Of a stretch of DNA of 64,000 nucleotides, positions 51,017 to 60,772 are shown in pieces. Under the pieces are notes generated by a model. The model did not search any database, was not told the DNA's origin, and saw nothing but the letters and a program-made list of their open reading frames with translations. Numbering within the stretch: the first letter of the stretch is position 1; each line of letters begins with the position of its first letter. The stretch is from the NCBI GenBank assembly GCA_963832745.1, contig CAWHVC010000003.1:791451-855450 (forward strand). Direction: 5' to 3'. The stretch comes from Candidatus Bathyarchaeota archaeon. GTDB lineage: Archaea; Thermoproteota; Bathyarchaeia; Bathyarchaeales; Bathycorpusculaceae. The translations under genes and the position numbers were made by a program.

Positions 51017-51113
51017 ATCTTGTTCCTCACGTTGAAGGATACACAGATTAAACATTAATGTTTTACCGAAGCATATGCCATATTGGAACATACCTGTTTA
51101 TGGCGAATAAAAG

Positions 51114-52568
51114 ATGAGGACAACTATTGCAGTGTTAAACAAGAAAGGCCAATCCGCATTACCAACCGTTATTGACGTTTTGAAGAGCAACTGGACTGAC
51201 CAGCCGTTAGAATTCACTGTTGCTTCACCAAAAAAACTGGTTTCTCATAAAAGCCCTAACGTGCTATGCAAACAAGGCATCGACTCAGACACCGTTTTCG
51301 GGTGCGCTTACACTAAAGAGGCAAAAAAAGTCTACAGTTTCCTGCAGGTAGACGATGCCGTGTTGGGTTTTGAAGGCAGAATCTATACGCCAGTAACCAA
51401 AGAAGCCCTCGTGGAACAGGCAACAAAAAACCCTGCTCACTGCGAAGCACAACTACAAACCCTCATTGAAAAAGCAGAAGGTGACTACTCACTTTTCATG
51501 CTAAAAGACAGTTGGATAGCCGCTGCAAGAGACCCAATCGGTGTTCAACCACTCTATTACGGCGAAAACATGGAAATTGCAGCTTTCGCGTCAAACCGCA
51601 AAGCACTCTGGCAACTCGGAATAGAAAACCCATTGTCTTTTCCCCCGGGCAATTTGGGCATCCTGACCAAGGAAGGCTTCAAGTTTAAACCAGTAAAAAC
51701 CTTCACCTATGCAGAACCTAAACAGGTTTCTATGGATGATGCCGCCTTGGAACTGCAAAAGCTTCTTGAGGAGGCAGTAAAGGTGCGGGTTGCGGGATTG
51801 AAAAAGGTTGCCGTGGCATTTTCCGGCGGCTTGGACAGCAGCATAGTTGCGTTTTTGGCAAACAAAAGCGGCGTTAAAGTTGATTTGATTCATGTTAGTC
51901 TCGAGAATGAGCCTGAAACTGAAGCGGCGATTGAGGCTTCAGATAAACTGGATTTGCCAATGCAGATGCACCTGTTTAAAGAATCAGACGTGGAAACTAC
52001 GCTTCCTCAGGTAGTTGACCTGATAGAGGAAGCTGACCCGATTAAAGCAGCTATTGGTGTACCGTTTTATTGGACTGCACAAAAAACCCGTGAAGCAGGC
52101 TACGACGTTTTACTTGCAGGTCAAGGCGCTGACGAACTGTTCGGCGGCTACCAACGGTACGTTAACGAATGCTGCAGTGACGGAAGCGAGAAAGCGCGAA
52201 AAACCATGTTCAACGACGTTGTTAGAATCCACGAAAGCAATTTGGAGCGGGACGAGAAAATCTGCCTTAGTTTTGATGTTGAGTTGCGGGTGCCTTTTGG
52301 CGGTTTTGACTTGGCAGAGTTTGCGTTGGGTTTGCCGGTGGATTTAAAGTTTGAACAAAAACAGGATACGCTGCGAAAGTTGGTGCTTCGTAAGGTTGCT
52401 TTGAATTTGGGTTTGCCAGCGTCAGTTGTTGATAAACCCAAAAAGGCAGTGCAGTATTCTACAGGCATCAACGACGCGGTTAAGAAAATCGCTAAAAAGC
52501 ATGACCAAACCGTAAACGAGTACATAACGGGGCTCTATGAAAGAAGCAGACACGGCTATTCACCTTAA
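51114..52568 (+). CDS. asnB: asparagine synthetase-like protein lacking N-terminal Cys
   Basis: ARDPIGVQPLYY, AFSGGLDSS, GQGADELFGGY, KKAVQYSTG. Confidence 0.8.
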   Translation: MRTTIAVLNKKGQSALPTVIDVLKSNWTDQPLEFTVASPKKLVSHKSPNVLCKQGIDSDTVFGCAYTKEAKKVYSFLQVDDAVLGFEGRIYTPVTKEALVEQATKNPAHCEAQLQTLIEKAEGDYSLFMLKDSWIAAARDPIGVQPLYYGENMEIAAFASNRKALWQLGIENPLSFPPGNLGILTKEGFKFKPVKTFTYAEPKQVSMDDAALELQKLLEEAVKVRVAGLKKVAVAFSGGLDSSIVAFLANKSGVKVDLIHVSLENEPETEAAIEASDKLDLPMQMHLFKESDVETTLPQVVDLIEEADPIKAAIGVPFYWTAQKTREAGYDVLLAGQGADELFGGYQRYVNECCSDGSEKARKTMFNDVVRIHESNLERDEKICLSFDVELRVPFGGFDLAEFALGLPVDLKFEQKQDTLRKLVLRKVALNLGLPASVVDKPKKAVQYSTGINDAVKKIAKKHDQTVNEYITGLYERSRHGYSP

Positions 52569-52570
52569 TC

Positions 52571-52712
52571 TTTTGGAGGGTAAGGGTTAAGACTAGTTTT
52601 TAACATGTTTTTGGCTTGGTTTTTAGCCAATAGCACCTACCCCCTTAGTGATTTCCTCGCCCCTATAGAAAACTAACGATAAGGCGAGGGGTCGAATCTT
52701 ACCCTACCAAAA
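52571..52712. repeat. MITE-like element with imperfect terminal inverted repeats
   Basis: TTTTGGAGGGTAAG ... CTTACCCTACCAAAA; internal CCTCGCC/GGCGAGG stem; contains family A core. Confidence 0.55.
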
Positions 52713-52795
52713 CCGAACCCTACCGCATTATTCTACGCCCAATTCTCAAAATAGAAGGCTGTGTGTATAACCATTTAATGCAAACTGATTGTTGG

Positions 52796-53923
52796 TCAAT
52801 TCTCTGGTGCTGCATCTATGAAACTTACCATTACACCAGCAGCTCGAGGATTCTCAATTGTTATAACCCAAACGTACCTGTACATTACACCGTTTTCAAC
52901 GATAACTGAGTAGTCTGAAGGTATGTTCGTCAATGGACTATTACTTATCAAAGTTCCGTTGGTTGTAGTCTGAAAGAGGTTTAACCTAGCATCAATAATC
53001 GTTCCGTTAACTGACGTTTCGTTAAAACCGGCTTCTTCTAGCGCTGACTGCAAAGCGCGGTACATTGTAACTGGCGGTGTATAGGATGAATTGGTGTTTG
53101 TATATAGGTCTGCAGTTAGTTTGATTTCAATGGGACCCAAAAATGAAATACATCTTTCGTCAAAGTCGTTGAATTGCTTATTAAGATAATTTATAATGTC
53201 CTTCTTTTTTGTGCTGTCATGCAGATTGACATCTAGTCTATTTGCTGTTTGGTTTACACCCGTTGCATCAATTGAAAATTTTATCATGACTCCATCTAAA
53301 GCATCTTGAACAGCATGCAAGCGGGAAAGAGGAAATTTAGCGGTTTCAATAACTATGTCTTTATCGTACTGCGCGTTATACAGATAATTATTGATTGCTT
53401 TTGCGGTTTCGTTATTAGTTAAAATGATATGCCAAACATTAGACTGGTCAATGTAGGCTCCTGCAATTTGGTCAGCGTTTGTAACCTTTTCTCTCTGAAG
53501 TGCAGTATAGTTGTCGGCAGCCTGACTGTGTTCATAAACTGCTACCGCTGAACTTGCAATCAATAGAGCCAATAACAGAAAAGCAACAGGCTTTAAACCT
53601 ACCATAGAATGCCTTTGCCCTTTTGCTTTTGCCTCTTTTTTGGGTGATGCATTTTCTACTGTTTGAACTGTCAGTAGGGCATCTTTGCCTTCATCAGATA
53701 AGCAATACTTTCCATACTCATCGGTCTTTACCAAGCCATTAAGCTTGCTTAGATGATGTTGTAGGTGTCCGCTACTTTCAATGGCTGTTCTCTTTTTTAG
53801 GTCCGCAAATCCGAGAGAACCCTCACTTAGAACTTTTAGAATCAATATTCTTGTTGGATGCCCAAGAGCATCAAATACTTCCGCCTTTTGCCTATCAAGT
53901 TCAACCTGCGTTTGATCTTCCAT
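52796..53923 (-). CDS. ArsR-like winged HTH fused to TM helix and extracellular domain
   Basis: FDALGHPTRILIL...SSGHLQHHLSKLNGLV...YCLSDEG, TM VAFLLLALLIASSAVAV, N/T-rich C-domain. Confidence 0.85.
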   Translation of the reverse strand: MEDQTQVELDRQKAEVFDALGHPTRILILKVLSEGSLGFADLKKRTAIESSGHLQHHLSKLNGLVKTDEYGKYCLSDEGKDALLTVQTVENASPKKEAKAKGQRHSMVGLKPVAFLLLALLIASSAVAVYEHSQAADNYTALQREKVTNADQIAGAYIDQSNVWHIILTNNETAKAINNYLYNAQYDKDIVIETAKFPLSRLHAVQDALDGVMIKFSIDATGVNQTANRLDVNLHDSTKKKDIINYLNKQFNDFDERCISFLGPIEIKLTADLYTNTNSSYTPPVTMYRALQSALEEAGFNETSVNGTIIDARLNLFQTTTNGTLISNSPLTNIPSDYSVIVENGVMYRYVWVITIENPRAAGVMVSFIDAAPEN

Positions 53924-54224
53924 GTTTTGCCCTTCCTTGTTAGAGACTACTCAGTGCTCAATACTATATTTAATACCTATTTTGTAGACATGTGATTAAG
54001 TGGAGAAATCTTAAGTCCAGTTTTGTAGACAAACATTTCTTGAAACTCACATTCAGCAAAAATATGATATTTGACGCATTTGATATCCTTCAGGAAAAAT
54101 ACAGAAGTTCAATATCGAAACTTGAAAGAAATTCAAGAAAAATTGTAATTATAAAAAGGGATATGCTCTCAACGTTGAGAGTTTCTTACACTGGTTTATT
54201 TTGGAAGCTTGCTTAGATAGTCGC

Positions 54225-54404
54225 TTATTCAATTACTTGAATTGCGCCTTCTGGGCATTGAGCCTCACATGCTCTGCAGACAAGGCATTCTTCTACCTTG
54301 ACTGGAGTGGCTTTACCGTCTTTAATCTCGTAAACGCTTACAGGGCAAGTGTTTACGCAGGTTTCGCAGCCAGTGCATTTCTGGTCAACAACGATTTTTA
54401 CCAT
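54225..54404 (-). CDS. 2[4Fe-4S] ferredoxin (59 aa, absent from ORF track)
   Basis: MVKIVVDQKCTGCETCVNTCPVSVYEIKDGKATPVKVEECLVCRACEAQCPEGAIQVIE: two CxxCxxCxxxCP motifs. Confidence 0.95.
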   Translation of the reverse strand: MVKIVVDQKCTGCETCVNTCPVSVYEIKDGKATPVKVEECLVCRACEAQCPEGAIQVIE

Positions 54405-54464
54405 TTGATATACCTTCTGAGTTTTTTTGAATCCTGTTTTGTAAAATAAAAGGATTTAGGTGTT

Positions 54465-56228
54465 TTACGGCATTTTTTCACGTAATCTTAAAAGAATCTC
54501 AGCTATTGTGCTTTCTGCCGCTTCTTTATCTTCTTCAAAATCTCCGACGGTTTCTTTGTAGTCTTCAAGAGTAATTTGGCCATTATTCTTCTGCAGTTCA
54601 AGAGAATTAAGCCGGGCATCGGCTTTGGCTAGGTCGGATTCTGCAAGATTTAACTGCCTAACCAAGTCGGCTAATACAGGGCTTGATTTGAGGAAAACCT
54701 CTTTAGACTTATCAATACTGTGGGTTAAACCTTCAATTCGAACGTCTATGGATCGCTTCTGGTTTTTGTATTGACTTCTGGGAATCCTGCCTTTTTGCAC
54801 TTTCAAATCAAGCGCTTTTAACTCATCGAGTAGTTCTGTTCTTTCATCATAAGCATCAATAAACTTGTCAACCAGTTCTGAGGTTGTCTGTAAAGTTTTT
54901 GCGGGAACAGCTTTAATGGCGCCAGTTTTTGTTTTTGCCGGTTTTGAATCTTCAGTTTTTTTATGACTGTTGTTTGAGGTTTCTTGTGGTTTGCGTTTTC
55001 TCCATGCAACTATGCCGACGCCGCATATTGCTGAAAGCCCAAAAACAATTATTGTTGGTCTAAATGACGCCCATAAAGGGTTATAGCTGTAGTCTATTTG
55101 GATGAAGTCGTAGTCGGGGACTTGGTAGTCAACATAAGTTACATCCTGCCGTGTCACAGTGAGTTTTTGTTCATACCCACTTGTTGTTATTACCGCTGAA
55201 GAATCAGCAGTGGCAACAGATGCGCCTTCCGGCAAAGTTAAGGTAAATGTTGCTTGGTCAACAAAATAGTTGAATGCCGGAAAAAGCACAAAGTTGTAAC
55301 TGTTTCCAGTTACGCTTGGCAGGGTATATTCAGCGATTACCTGTACGGATTGCCCTGTTGCAATATATGAAGACAAAGACGTGTTAACAAGAAGCGTGCT
55401 ACCGGCTACACCTAAAATTTGGTTTGATAAGATGTGCCCTGAAGCATCTCGAGTGGCAACATTCTTTGCGTTAGACGGCAGAGTAAGCATGAACGACGAC
55501 AGATAAGAAATATCCACGTTTTTAAGAACATACTTGTCTGCGCATGATACCTCACCAGATGGGGCAATGCTTACCTCACGATTTAACGTGTTGATATCAA
55601 CCAGTTGTAACAGTCCAATTGGAAGGTCAAATGAAGCTGTTGCTGGAATATTGGTGAATGCTGAAAGGTTACTTTTGGAGTAGGTTGTGCTGTTTGTTTG
55701 GCCATCACTTTTGGAGACGTAGATTGTTGAGGGGTCGGTAGGTAAACTTAGGGTAACTTTACATTGGCTTGCAGTTGTAGTCAAAGCAGGGTACCCTGGA
55801 TAATCAAGCATGTAGTATCCAGCGGAGTATTCGCTTACAAGATTATTTGACAAAACAAACTCTACGCTAAAAGTTTGAGGGTTTTGGCCTTCAAAGTTTA
55901 CTTGGGCAACGTAAAATCCAGATTGACCGCCCAGCTGACTAACTACCTCAACAGGGTAGCCACGGTTGTTATCAAAAGCTACAACCTTTAGGACTGAGGA
56001 AGCATATTTTGAAGGTATACCAATTTGAAACCCGTTAACCACGGAGCCTGAAACTTTAATTTCGTCCCTAACGACGGTGTGGCCTGAAAACATTACTTCA
56101 ATCGTGTGCTCCACGCTTTGGATTGTGTAGCCGCTGCTTTGGGCAGAGACAGAATTTACGTTTAAAACGGTTGGCAGGAAGATAAGTGAAAAAATAATAA
56201 GTGTAGAGACTGCAATTTTCCGGTTCAC
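54465..56228 (-). CDS. type I membrane protein resembling ribophorin I (OST1)
   Basis: Signal peptide, duplicated beta domains, LNREVSI...SFMLTLP..AKNV.TRD.SG...LTLPEGA, TM, cytosolic helical tail. Confidence 0.6.
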   Translation of the reverse strand: MNRKIAVSTLIIFSLIFLPTVLNVNSVSAQSSGYTIQSVEHTIEVMFSGHTVVRDEIKVSGSVVNGFQIGIPSKYASSVLKVVAFDNNRGYPVEVVSQLGGQSGFYVAQVNFEGQNPQTFSVEFVLSNNLVSEYSAGYYMLDYPGYPALTTTASQCKVTLSLPTDPSTIYVSKSDGQTNSTTYSKSNLSAFTNIPATASFDLPIGLLQLVDINTLNREVSIAPSGEVSCADKYVLKNVDISYLSSFMLTLPSNAKNVATRDASGHILSNQILGVAGSTLLVNTSLSSYIATGQSVQVIAEYTLPSVTGNSYNFVLFPAFNYFVDQATFTLTLPEGASVATADSSAVITTSGYEQKLTVTRQDVTYVDYQVPDYDFIQIDYSYNPLWASFRPTIIVFGLSAICGVGIVAWRKRKPQETSNNSHKKTEDSKPAKTKTGAIKAVPAKTLQTTSELVDKFIDAYDERTELLDELKALDLKVQKGRIPRSQYKNQKRSIDVRIEGLTHSIDKSKEVFLKSSPVLADLVRQLNLAESDLAKADARLNSLELQKNNGQITLEDYKETVGDFEEDKEAAESTIAEILLRLREKMP

Positions 56229-56379
56229 TACAGTGCACCCTTAAGATTTTATTACTTTAACCCTACCTTGCTTATTTACTTTTACAAGAATTGTACCCAA
56301 TAGGGCAGAAGCTAAACATAGACACTTGTTAACGAAAATACAAACAATGGGTGAAAAAGACTAAAAAATTAGGGGTTGC

Positions 56380-56778
56380 TTAGTAAATTCCGCCTTCTTT
56401 AAAGTAATAAAACTCTTCCTTTTTTGAACCGAAACCTCTAACGCCGTCCCGTTTAAGCTTGCATTCCAACTCTTTAGCTTGCTCTTCGGTTAATTCGCCT
56501 TTCTTATGCAGATAAGAAATAATCTCCTGCGCCTGCTCGTCTGTATCGCATCGGCGAATAAAATCTACCGCTGAAGGATTAAAATGACGCAGCTTATCAA
56601 TCGGTGTAGTTGGTTCAAGAAACTCTTCTTCGCAAACATCTTCAATTTCCGCGGCTCTTTCTGCAGCTTCAGGGTCAGCACGGACAGCGTCTATAGAGAT
56701 TTTGTTTTCGCCATCCTCTTCGAGTTCGCGGTAAAGGTGTGGAAACATTTTCTTGAGCGATTTTTTATCAATAGCCAT
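56380..56778 (-). CDS. DUF2095 family protein
   Basis: KKMFPHLYREL, NPSAVDFIRRCDT, GVRGFGSKKE.YY. Confidence 0.85.
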   Translation of the reverse strand: MAIDKKSLKKMFPHLYRELEEDGENKISIDAVRADPEAAERAAEIEDVCEEEFLEPTTPIDKLRHFNPSAVDFIRRCDTDEQAQEIISYLHKKGELTEEQAKELECKLKRDGVRGFGSKKEEFYYFKEGGIY

Positions 56779-56855
56779 GGCGCATCAAATATAAAATAAT
56801 AGAAAAGGGGGTTTAAGACCTTTTTGCGGAAAAACTGTTTTTTTTTCAGAAAATG

Positions 56856-57467
56856 TTATGGAAGGAATTGCCGCGTTGGGTGTTCTATGAGTAATTTTTC
56901 AAGTTCACTGGTTTTTAGACCTTTGATTTCGTCTCCGAAGGTTTCGCATTTTCTTTTTTTGCCTGCTTCTTCTGGGCTACGGACAACGATTTCAACATTG
57001 AATTTTGCGTCGGTTTCCGCGTAAATGTGATAAGACGCGTGGGTTACTCCTTGCTTGTTAACTCTTGTCCAACACGCCCGATGCACCTTCACGTTGCGGG
57101 TTTTTAGAAGTTCAAGTACTTGCTCGGGTGGCTCTGCGTAGGCGGCTATGTCAATATCGCTATCAACCTTGATGGTGCCACGCCATACACTGCCAATCAA
57201 CACAGGGCAAAACACATCTAAAATCTTCAAAATTTTAAGCGCTTCTTGACGCATCAAAACAAGCCGTTCTTTTCTTGCCGAACCCTCTTTTTCTTCAGCA
57301 ATTTTATCAAGCTCCAAAGCAACTTCAAGATTGGAAGGTAAAAAGTGGACACCGAAGGTTTCTGCTGCTTTGAGTTTAGCTTGCTTGTATTCTTTTTCAG
57401 CACCAAAATAAAGCAGGGTTGCTGCTTCACGGGCAACTCGGCTTCGCATGTCATCAGCGCTGTTCAT
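56856..57467 (-). CDS. nucleotidyltransferase domain protein
   Basis: VAREAA...EYKQAK, LIGSVWRG...SDIDI. Confidence 0.85.
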   Translation of the reverse strand: MNSADDMRSRVAREAATLLYFGAEKEYKQAKLKAAETFGVHFLPSNLEVALELDKIAEEKEGSARKERLVLMRQEALKILKILDVFCPVLIGSVWRGTIKVDSDIDIAAYAEPPEQVLELLKTRNVKVHRACWTRVNKQGVTHASYHIYAETDAKFNVEIVVRSPEEAGKKRKCETFGDEIKGLKTSELEKLLIEHPTRQFLP

Positions 57468-57484
57468 GCTTTACCAGACATGGT

Positions 57485-58735
57485 TTAGGGTTTAAGGATT
57501 TTCTGGTAGAGCTCAATTGTTTTTTCAGCTATTCGGCTCCAAGTGAATTCGGATAAGACACGGTTTCTTCCGTTTTTGCCAAGCCATCTTGTTTTTTCGG
57601 GGTTTTCAAGTGCACTTACCACGCCCCAAGCGATGTCTGTTGGATTGTTGGGGTCAATGTGGAAGCCGCATTGCTCTTCTCCGCAGCACACGACGATTTC
57701 ACGCATACCGCTGACTCCTGCTCCGCCTACAACTACGGGTTTTTCCATGCTCATGGCTTCAAGGGCTACAATACCGAAGGGTTCGTAGTAGCTTGGGAAT
57801 GCTGCTACGTCGCAGGCTGCGTAGTGGGCAATTCGTTCTTCTTCGGAAACAAAGTCAAAACAGAATTTAACGTAAGATTCCAGCTTCAAGGCTCTTGTCA
57901 GGTTGGTTAAGTATTCTTGCTGGTCCCCAACGCCGACTATTACAAGCTTGATTTTTGGGATTTTAGGCATAATATGTGGCAGGGCCATTATCAGTTTGTC
58001 TACGCCTTTGATTGCTACAAGCCGACCAAGGAAAAGAATCATGTATTCATCGTCTTTAATGTCGTATTTCTGGCGTATTTGCTTAATTTGCTCTTTAGAT
58101 ACATTATCGGGATTATATTTTTGAGGATCTACACCATTGTAGCAGACTTCAATTTTCTCTTTAGGAAAACCAAGCTGAATAAGTTCATCTTTCATGGCGT
58201 AAGAAACGGTAACTATCATGTCAGCCATTTGACCGCCGCGTGATTCAATGTTGCTTACTACGCTGGAGCCGCCTCCGAGGGTTCGTCCTTTCTCGGTTGA
58301 GTGCACATGGAAAGCCAAAGGTAAACCAGTTTCACGTTTTACCGTTAAACCGCCCATTACGGAGAGCCAATCGTGGGCTATTACGATGTCATATTTCATG
58401 CCTTCTTTTTTGATTAACTGGTTAATGAGTTGGGCTGCTGAAAGGTAATTATAAACCATCAGTTTGCCAAATAAATGCAGGCCTCTGCCCCATTTTCTTA
58501 TGTCTTCAGCTATAACGTCAGGCAAAGAATCTGAAATGTCAATGTGTAAGGGACGATGAATTTCTATGCCCCGCCAAATTTCGCGGGTAGGCAAGGAGCC
58601 TTGGTCATCATTCATGGTAAAAACTGTAACGTCGTGGTCCATTAACACGAATTTTCGGGTAATTTCAGCAGCGTAAGTGCCTAATCCGCCCACAATTTTT
58701 GGTGGATACTCGTAAACAAAAACTGCAATCTTCAT
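57485..58735 (-). CDS. GT4 glycosyltransferase (glycogen synthase-like)
   Basis: EYPPKIVGGLG, AHDWL, HVHSTE, YEPFGIVALEAM. Confidence 0.9.
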   Translation of the reverse strand: MKIAVFVYEYPPKIVGGLGTYAAEITRKFVLMDHDVTVFTMNDDQGSLPTREIWRGIEIHRPLHIDISDSLPDVIAEDIRKWGRGLHLFGKLMVYNYLSAAQLINQLIKKEGMKYDIVIAHDWLSVMGGLTVKRETGLPLAFHVHSTEKGRTLGGGSSVVSNIESRGGQMADMIVTVSYAMKDELIQLGFPKEKIEVCYNGVDPQKYNPDNVSKEQIKQIRQKYDIKDDEYMILFLGRLVAIKGVDKLIMALPHIMPKIPKIKLVIVGVGDQQEYLTNLTRALKLESYVKFCFDFVSEEERIAHYAACDVAAFPSYYEPFGIVALEAMSMEKPVVVGGAGVSGMREIVVCCGEEQCGFHIDPNNPTDIAWGVVSALENPEKTRWLGKNGRNRVLSEFTWSRIAEKTIELYQKILKP

Positions 58736-58888
58736 CTAAGGCTCATCTCAGCTACCAATGGGAATTCAGAATACTAAAGCTTTACCTCTATATTAAAAAC
58801 AGTAATTCACGTCTTAAAATAACAAGCTCTAAAGGCAACTTTGATTAGAAGGTGTTTACACTAGCACTAACAAGCAAGGTGCAGTAAA

Positions 58889-59443
58889 ATGAGTTTGTCA
58901 CCAATTAAACTTGAGATATTGGAAACTATGCTTTTAAACGGCAAACCAATGAAAGCCGCGCAGATTGCCAGCGAAAACAAGAAAGAGTTTCCGCCAACAA
59001 TGATGCACCTTTTAAATCTCACCAAAATGGGGTACGTGAGTTCACCTCAAAAAGGCTTATACACGTTAACGGATGGAGGCAAAAAAGCCCTCGGAATCCA
59101 GCTAATCACCAAAGAAACGGCAAAAGCCATAATCGCTTATGCATCGCACGACAAAGCCTTCAACTTTTACGTTGAATTGGATAAACCTCTCCATATGCAC
59201 GCTCACAGCCTGCAAGACTTCGCCAACAAACTGGCTAAGGTAGACATAAAATCTTTAGAGTTTCACATGGGCAGAGGCGATTTTGAAGCTTGGTTCAAAA
59301 GTTTAGGTGACCAGGAATTGGCTAAAAAAGCAGCTTTGATTAAAGAAAAAAAGGTTGCCGGTGAACAGCTTCGAACATTGCTGCATGACACGGTTGAACA
59401 ACGTTGCCAAGAGCTAATTAAACTTACAGAAGCACCTGCTTAG
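58889..59443 (+). CDS. winged-HTH + DUF5752-like domain protein
   Basis: N-terminal HTH with YTLTDGGKKAL; KAFNFY...AHSLQDF...SLEFHMGRGDFEAWF..LGDQELA. Confidence 0.75.
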   Translation: MSLSPIKLEILETMLLNGKPMKAAQIASENKKEFPPTMMHLLNLTKMGYVSSPQKGLYTLTDGGKKALGIQLITKETAKAIIAYASHDKAFNFYVELDKPLHMHAHSLQDFANKLAKVDIKSLEFHMGRGDFEAWFKSLGDQELAKKAALIKEKKVAGEQLRTLLHDTVEQRCQELIKLTEAPA

Positions 59444-60577
59444 TTACCCTTTGAATTCTATAGGTTGGAAGCGTTTCTCCATCTTCTGCAGTACCTGCTG
59501 AATAGTAGTGTATTCCATGTCTTCGGCGCTTAAACGGGCAGGCTCAAACTCTCCCATCCGACGCAACATGCAACCATACTCTACCGCTTCGTGACGTGCT
59601 AGATCAAACGCTGGGTCATCGAACATGTCTGCAATCAACGGTTGCCCTTCATCGTCACAAGCGATTTTTCCGTTAGAGACCTGAAAACCCAAAGCCACAA
59701 TACGCGGTGGGCCATCAAAGGCGGTGCATTTTGAATCTTTGAGCCCGACAGGCATCAATGGTCCCCAATGGCTTCCGCGCATCCAGCCTTGAACAAAATA
59801 GCTATGCATAAAAGGCGCCAAAATCTCGCCAACCGCGGGCAAGCCATGCTGGGCGCGGGTAATCATTACGGGGTCATCTTTTCCAACGTATTTACCAGCA
59901 ATTAAAGACAGTTTCGAAACGCTGCTTGTGGCGCAGATTAGGTCGTCTTTTGCTCGCCAAACGTGACCAACAATGTAGCGTCCAACCGTGCCGATAAGGG
60001 CTAGTAACTCGTACATTTCTGATGGACAGCTTAAAACTGCTGATTTGTCGGCTAAGGTGTCGATGACTTCAAACTTGAAACCGCCAGCCATGTTTGGGTC
60101 AATAACAAGACCAGCACTGTTCATTGGGTCAGCAAACGTTTTGAAAAGCGGAAAATTAAAGGAGCCAGCGGAAGTTTTGTCGGCTGCAAACACGACAATC
60201 GGGTCAGAAGCACGTTCTTCCATTTCCATTTCAGCAACGCCGGGTCCCATGCCTCGCACGTTTCCGGCAAAAGCGTCTTTCAGCAGGTCTTGCCCAGCAG
60301 CATAAAGCTTCAAGGATAAGGCTTTGTTTGAAGCCTGCTTAAACGTGTCCCAAGCAAGTTTGTGGATTTCAGGGTTTTGTTCCCCGTTTTCGTGCGCCAT
60401 TAAGAGTTCAAGGTCGTCGCCAGCGTTGAAAACGTAGTAATTGTTGATTAAACCGTCTTTTTGGGCGGTTTTTAGGTTTTTTTCTGCAACGTCTAGGAGA
60501 GGTTTTGGGACAATGTGGTGACCAGCGAGGGAACCGACGTCACATTTGATAATTGAAATAGTTACTTTTTTTGACAA
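59444..60577 (-). CDS. fbp: fructose-1,6-bisphosphate aldolase/phosphatase
   Basis: IKCDVGSLAGH, GDDLEL, YAAGQDLL, ADKT, YVGKDDP, GWMRGSH. Confidence 0.96.
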   Translation of the reverse strand: MSKKVTISIIKCDVGSLAGHHIVPKPLLDVAEKNLKTAQKDGLINNYYVFNAGDDLELLMAHENGEQNPEIHKLAWDTFKQASNKALSLKLYAAGQDLLKDAFAGNVRGMGPGVAEMEMEERASDPIVVFAADKTSAGSFNFPLFKTFADPMNSAGLVIDPNMAGGFKFEVIDTLADKSAVLSCPSEMYELLALIGTVGRYIVGHVWRAKDDLICATSSVSKLSLIAGKYVGKDDPVMITRAQHGLPAVGEILAPFMHSYFVQGWMRGSHWGPLMPVGLKDSKCTAFDGPPRIVALGFQVSNGKIACDDEGQPLIADMFDDPAFDLARHEAVEYGCMLRRMGEFEPARLSAEDMEYTTIQQVLQKMEKRFQPIEFKG

Positions 60578-60772
60578 AAACAATCCCAATTAAACTGGGA
60601 ACTATAAAACATTTAAACATGCCGAAAATACGAAAAATGCATTTTTTGATATAGAAAATATTGTAAACTATTCAGTTCTCCCTAAATACTCAAGCAGAAA
60701 AGCAGTTGTATGCTATGGGAAAAAATGAAATAGGCAAACCCCAATACTTCTGATAACCCGAGTGATGTTTAG

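Noticed and set aside
53992-54449. Plus-strand track ORFs of 74 and 82 aa
   Set aside because: AT-rich intergenic frame and antisense shadow of the ferredoxin
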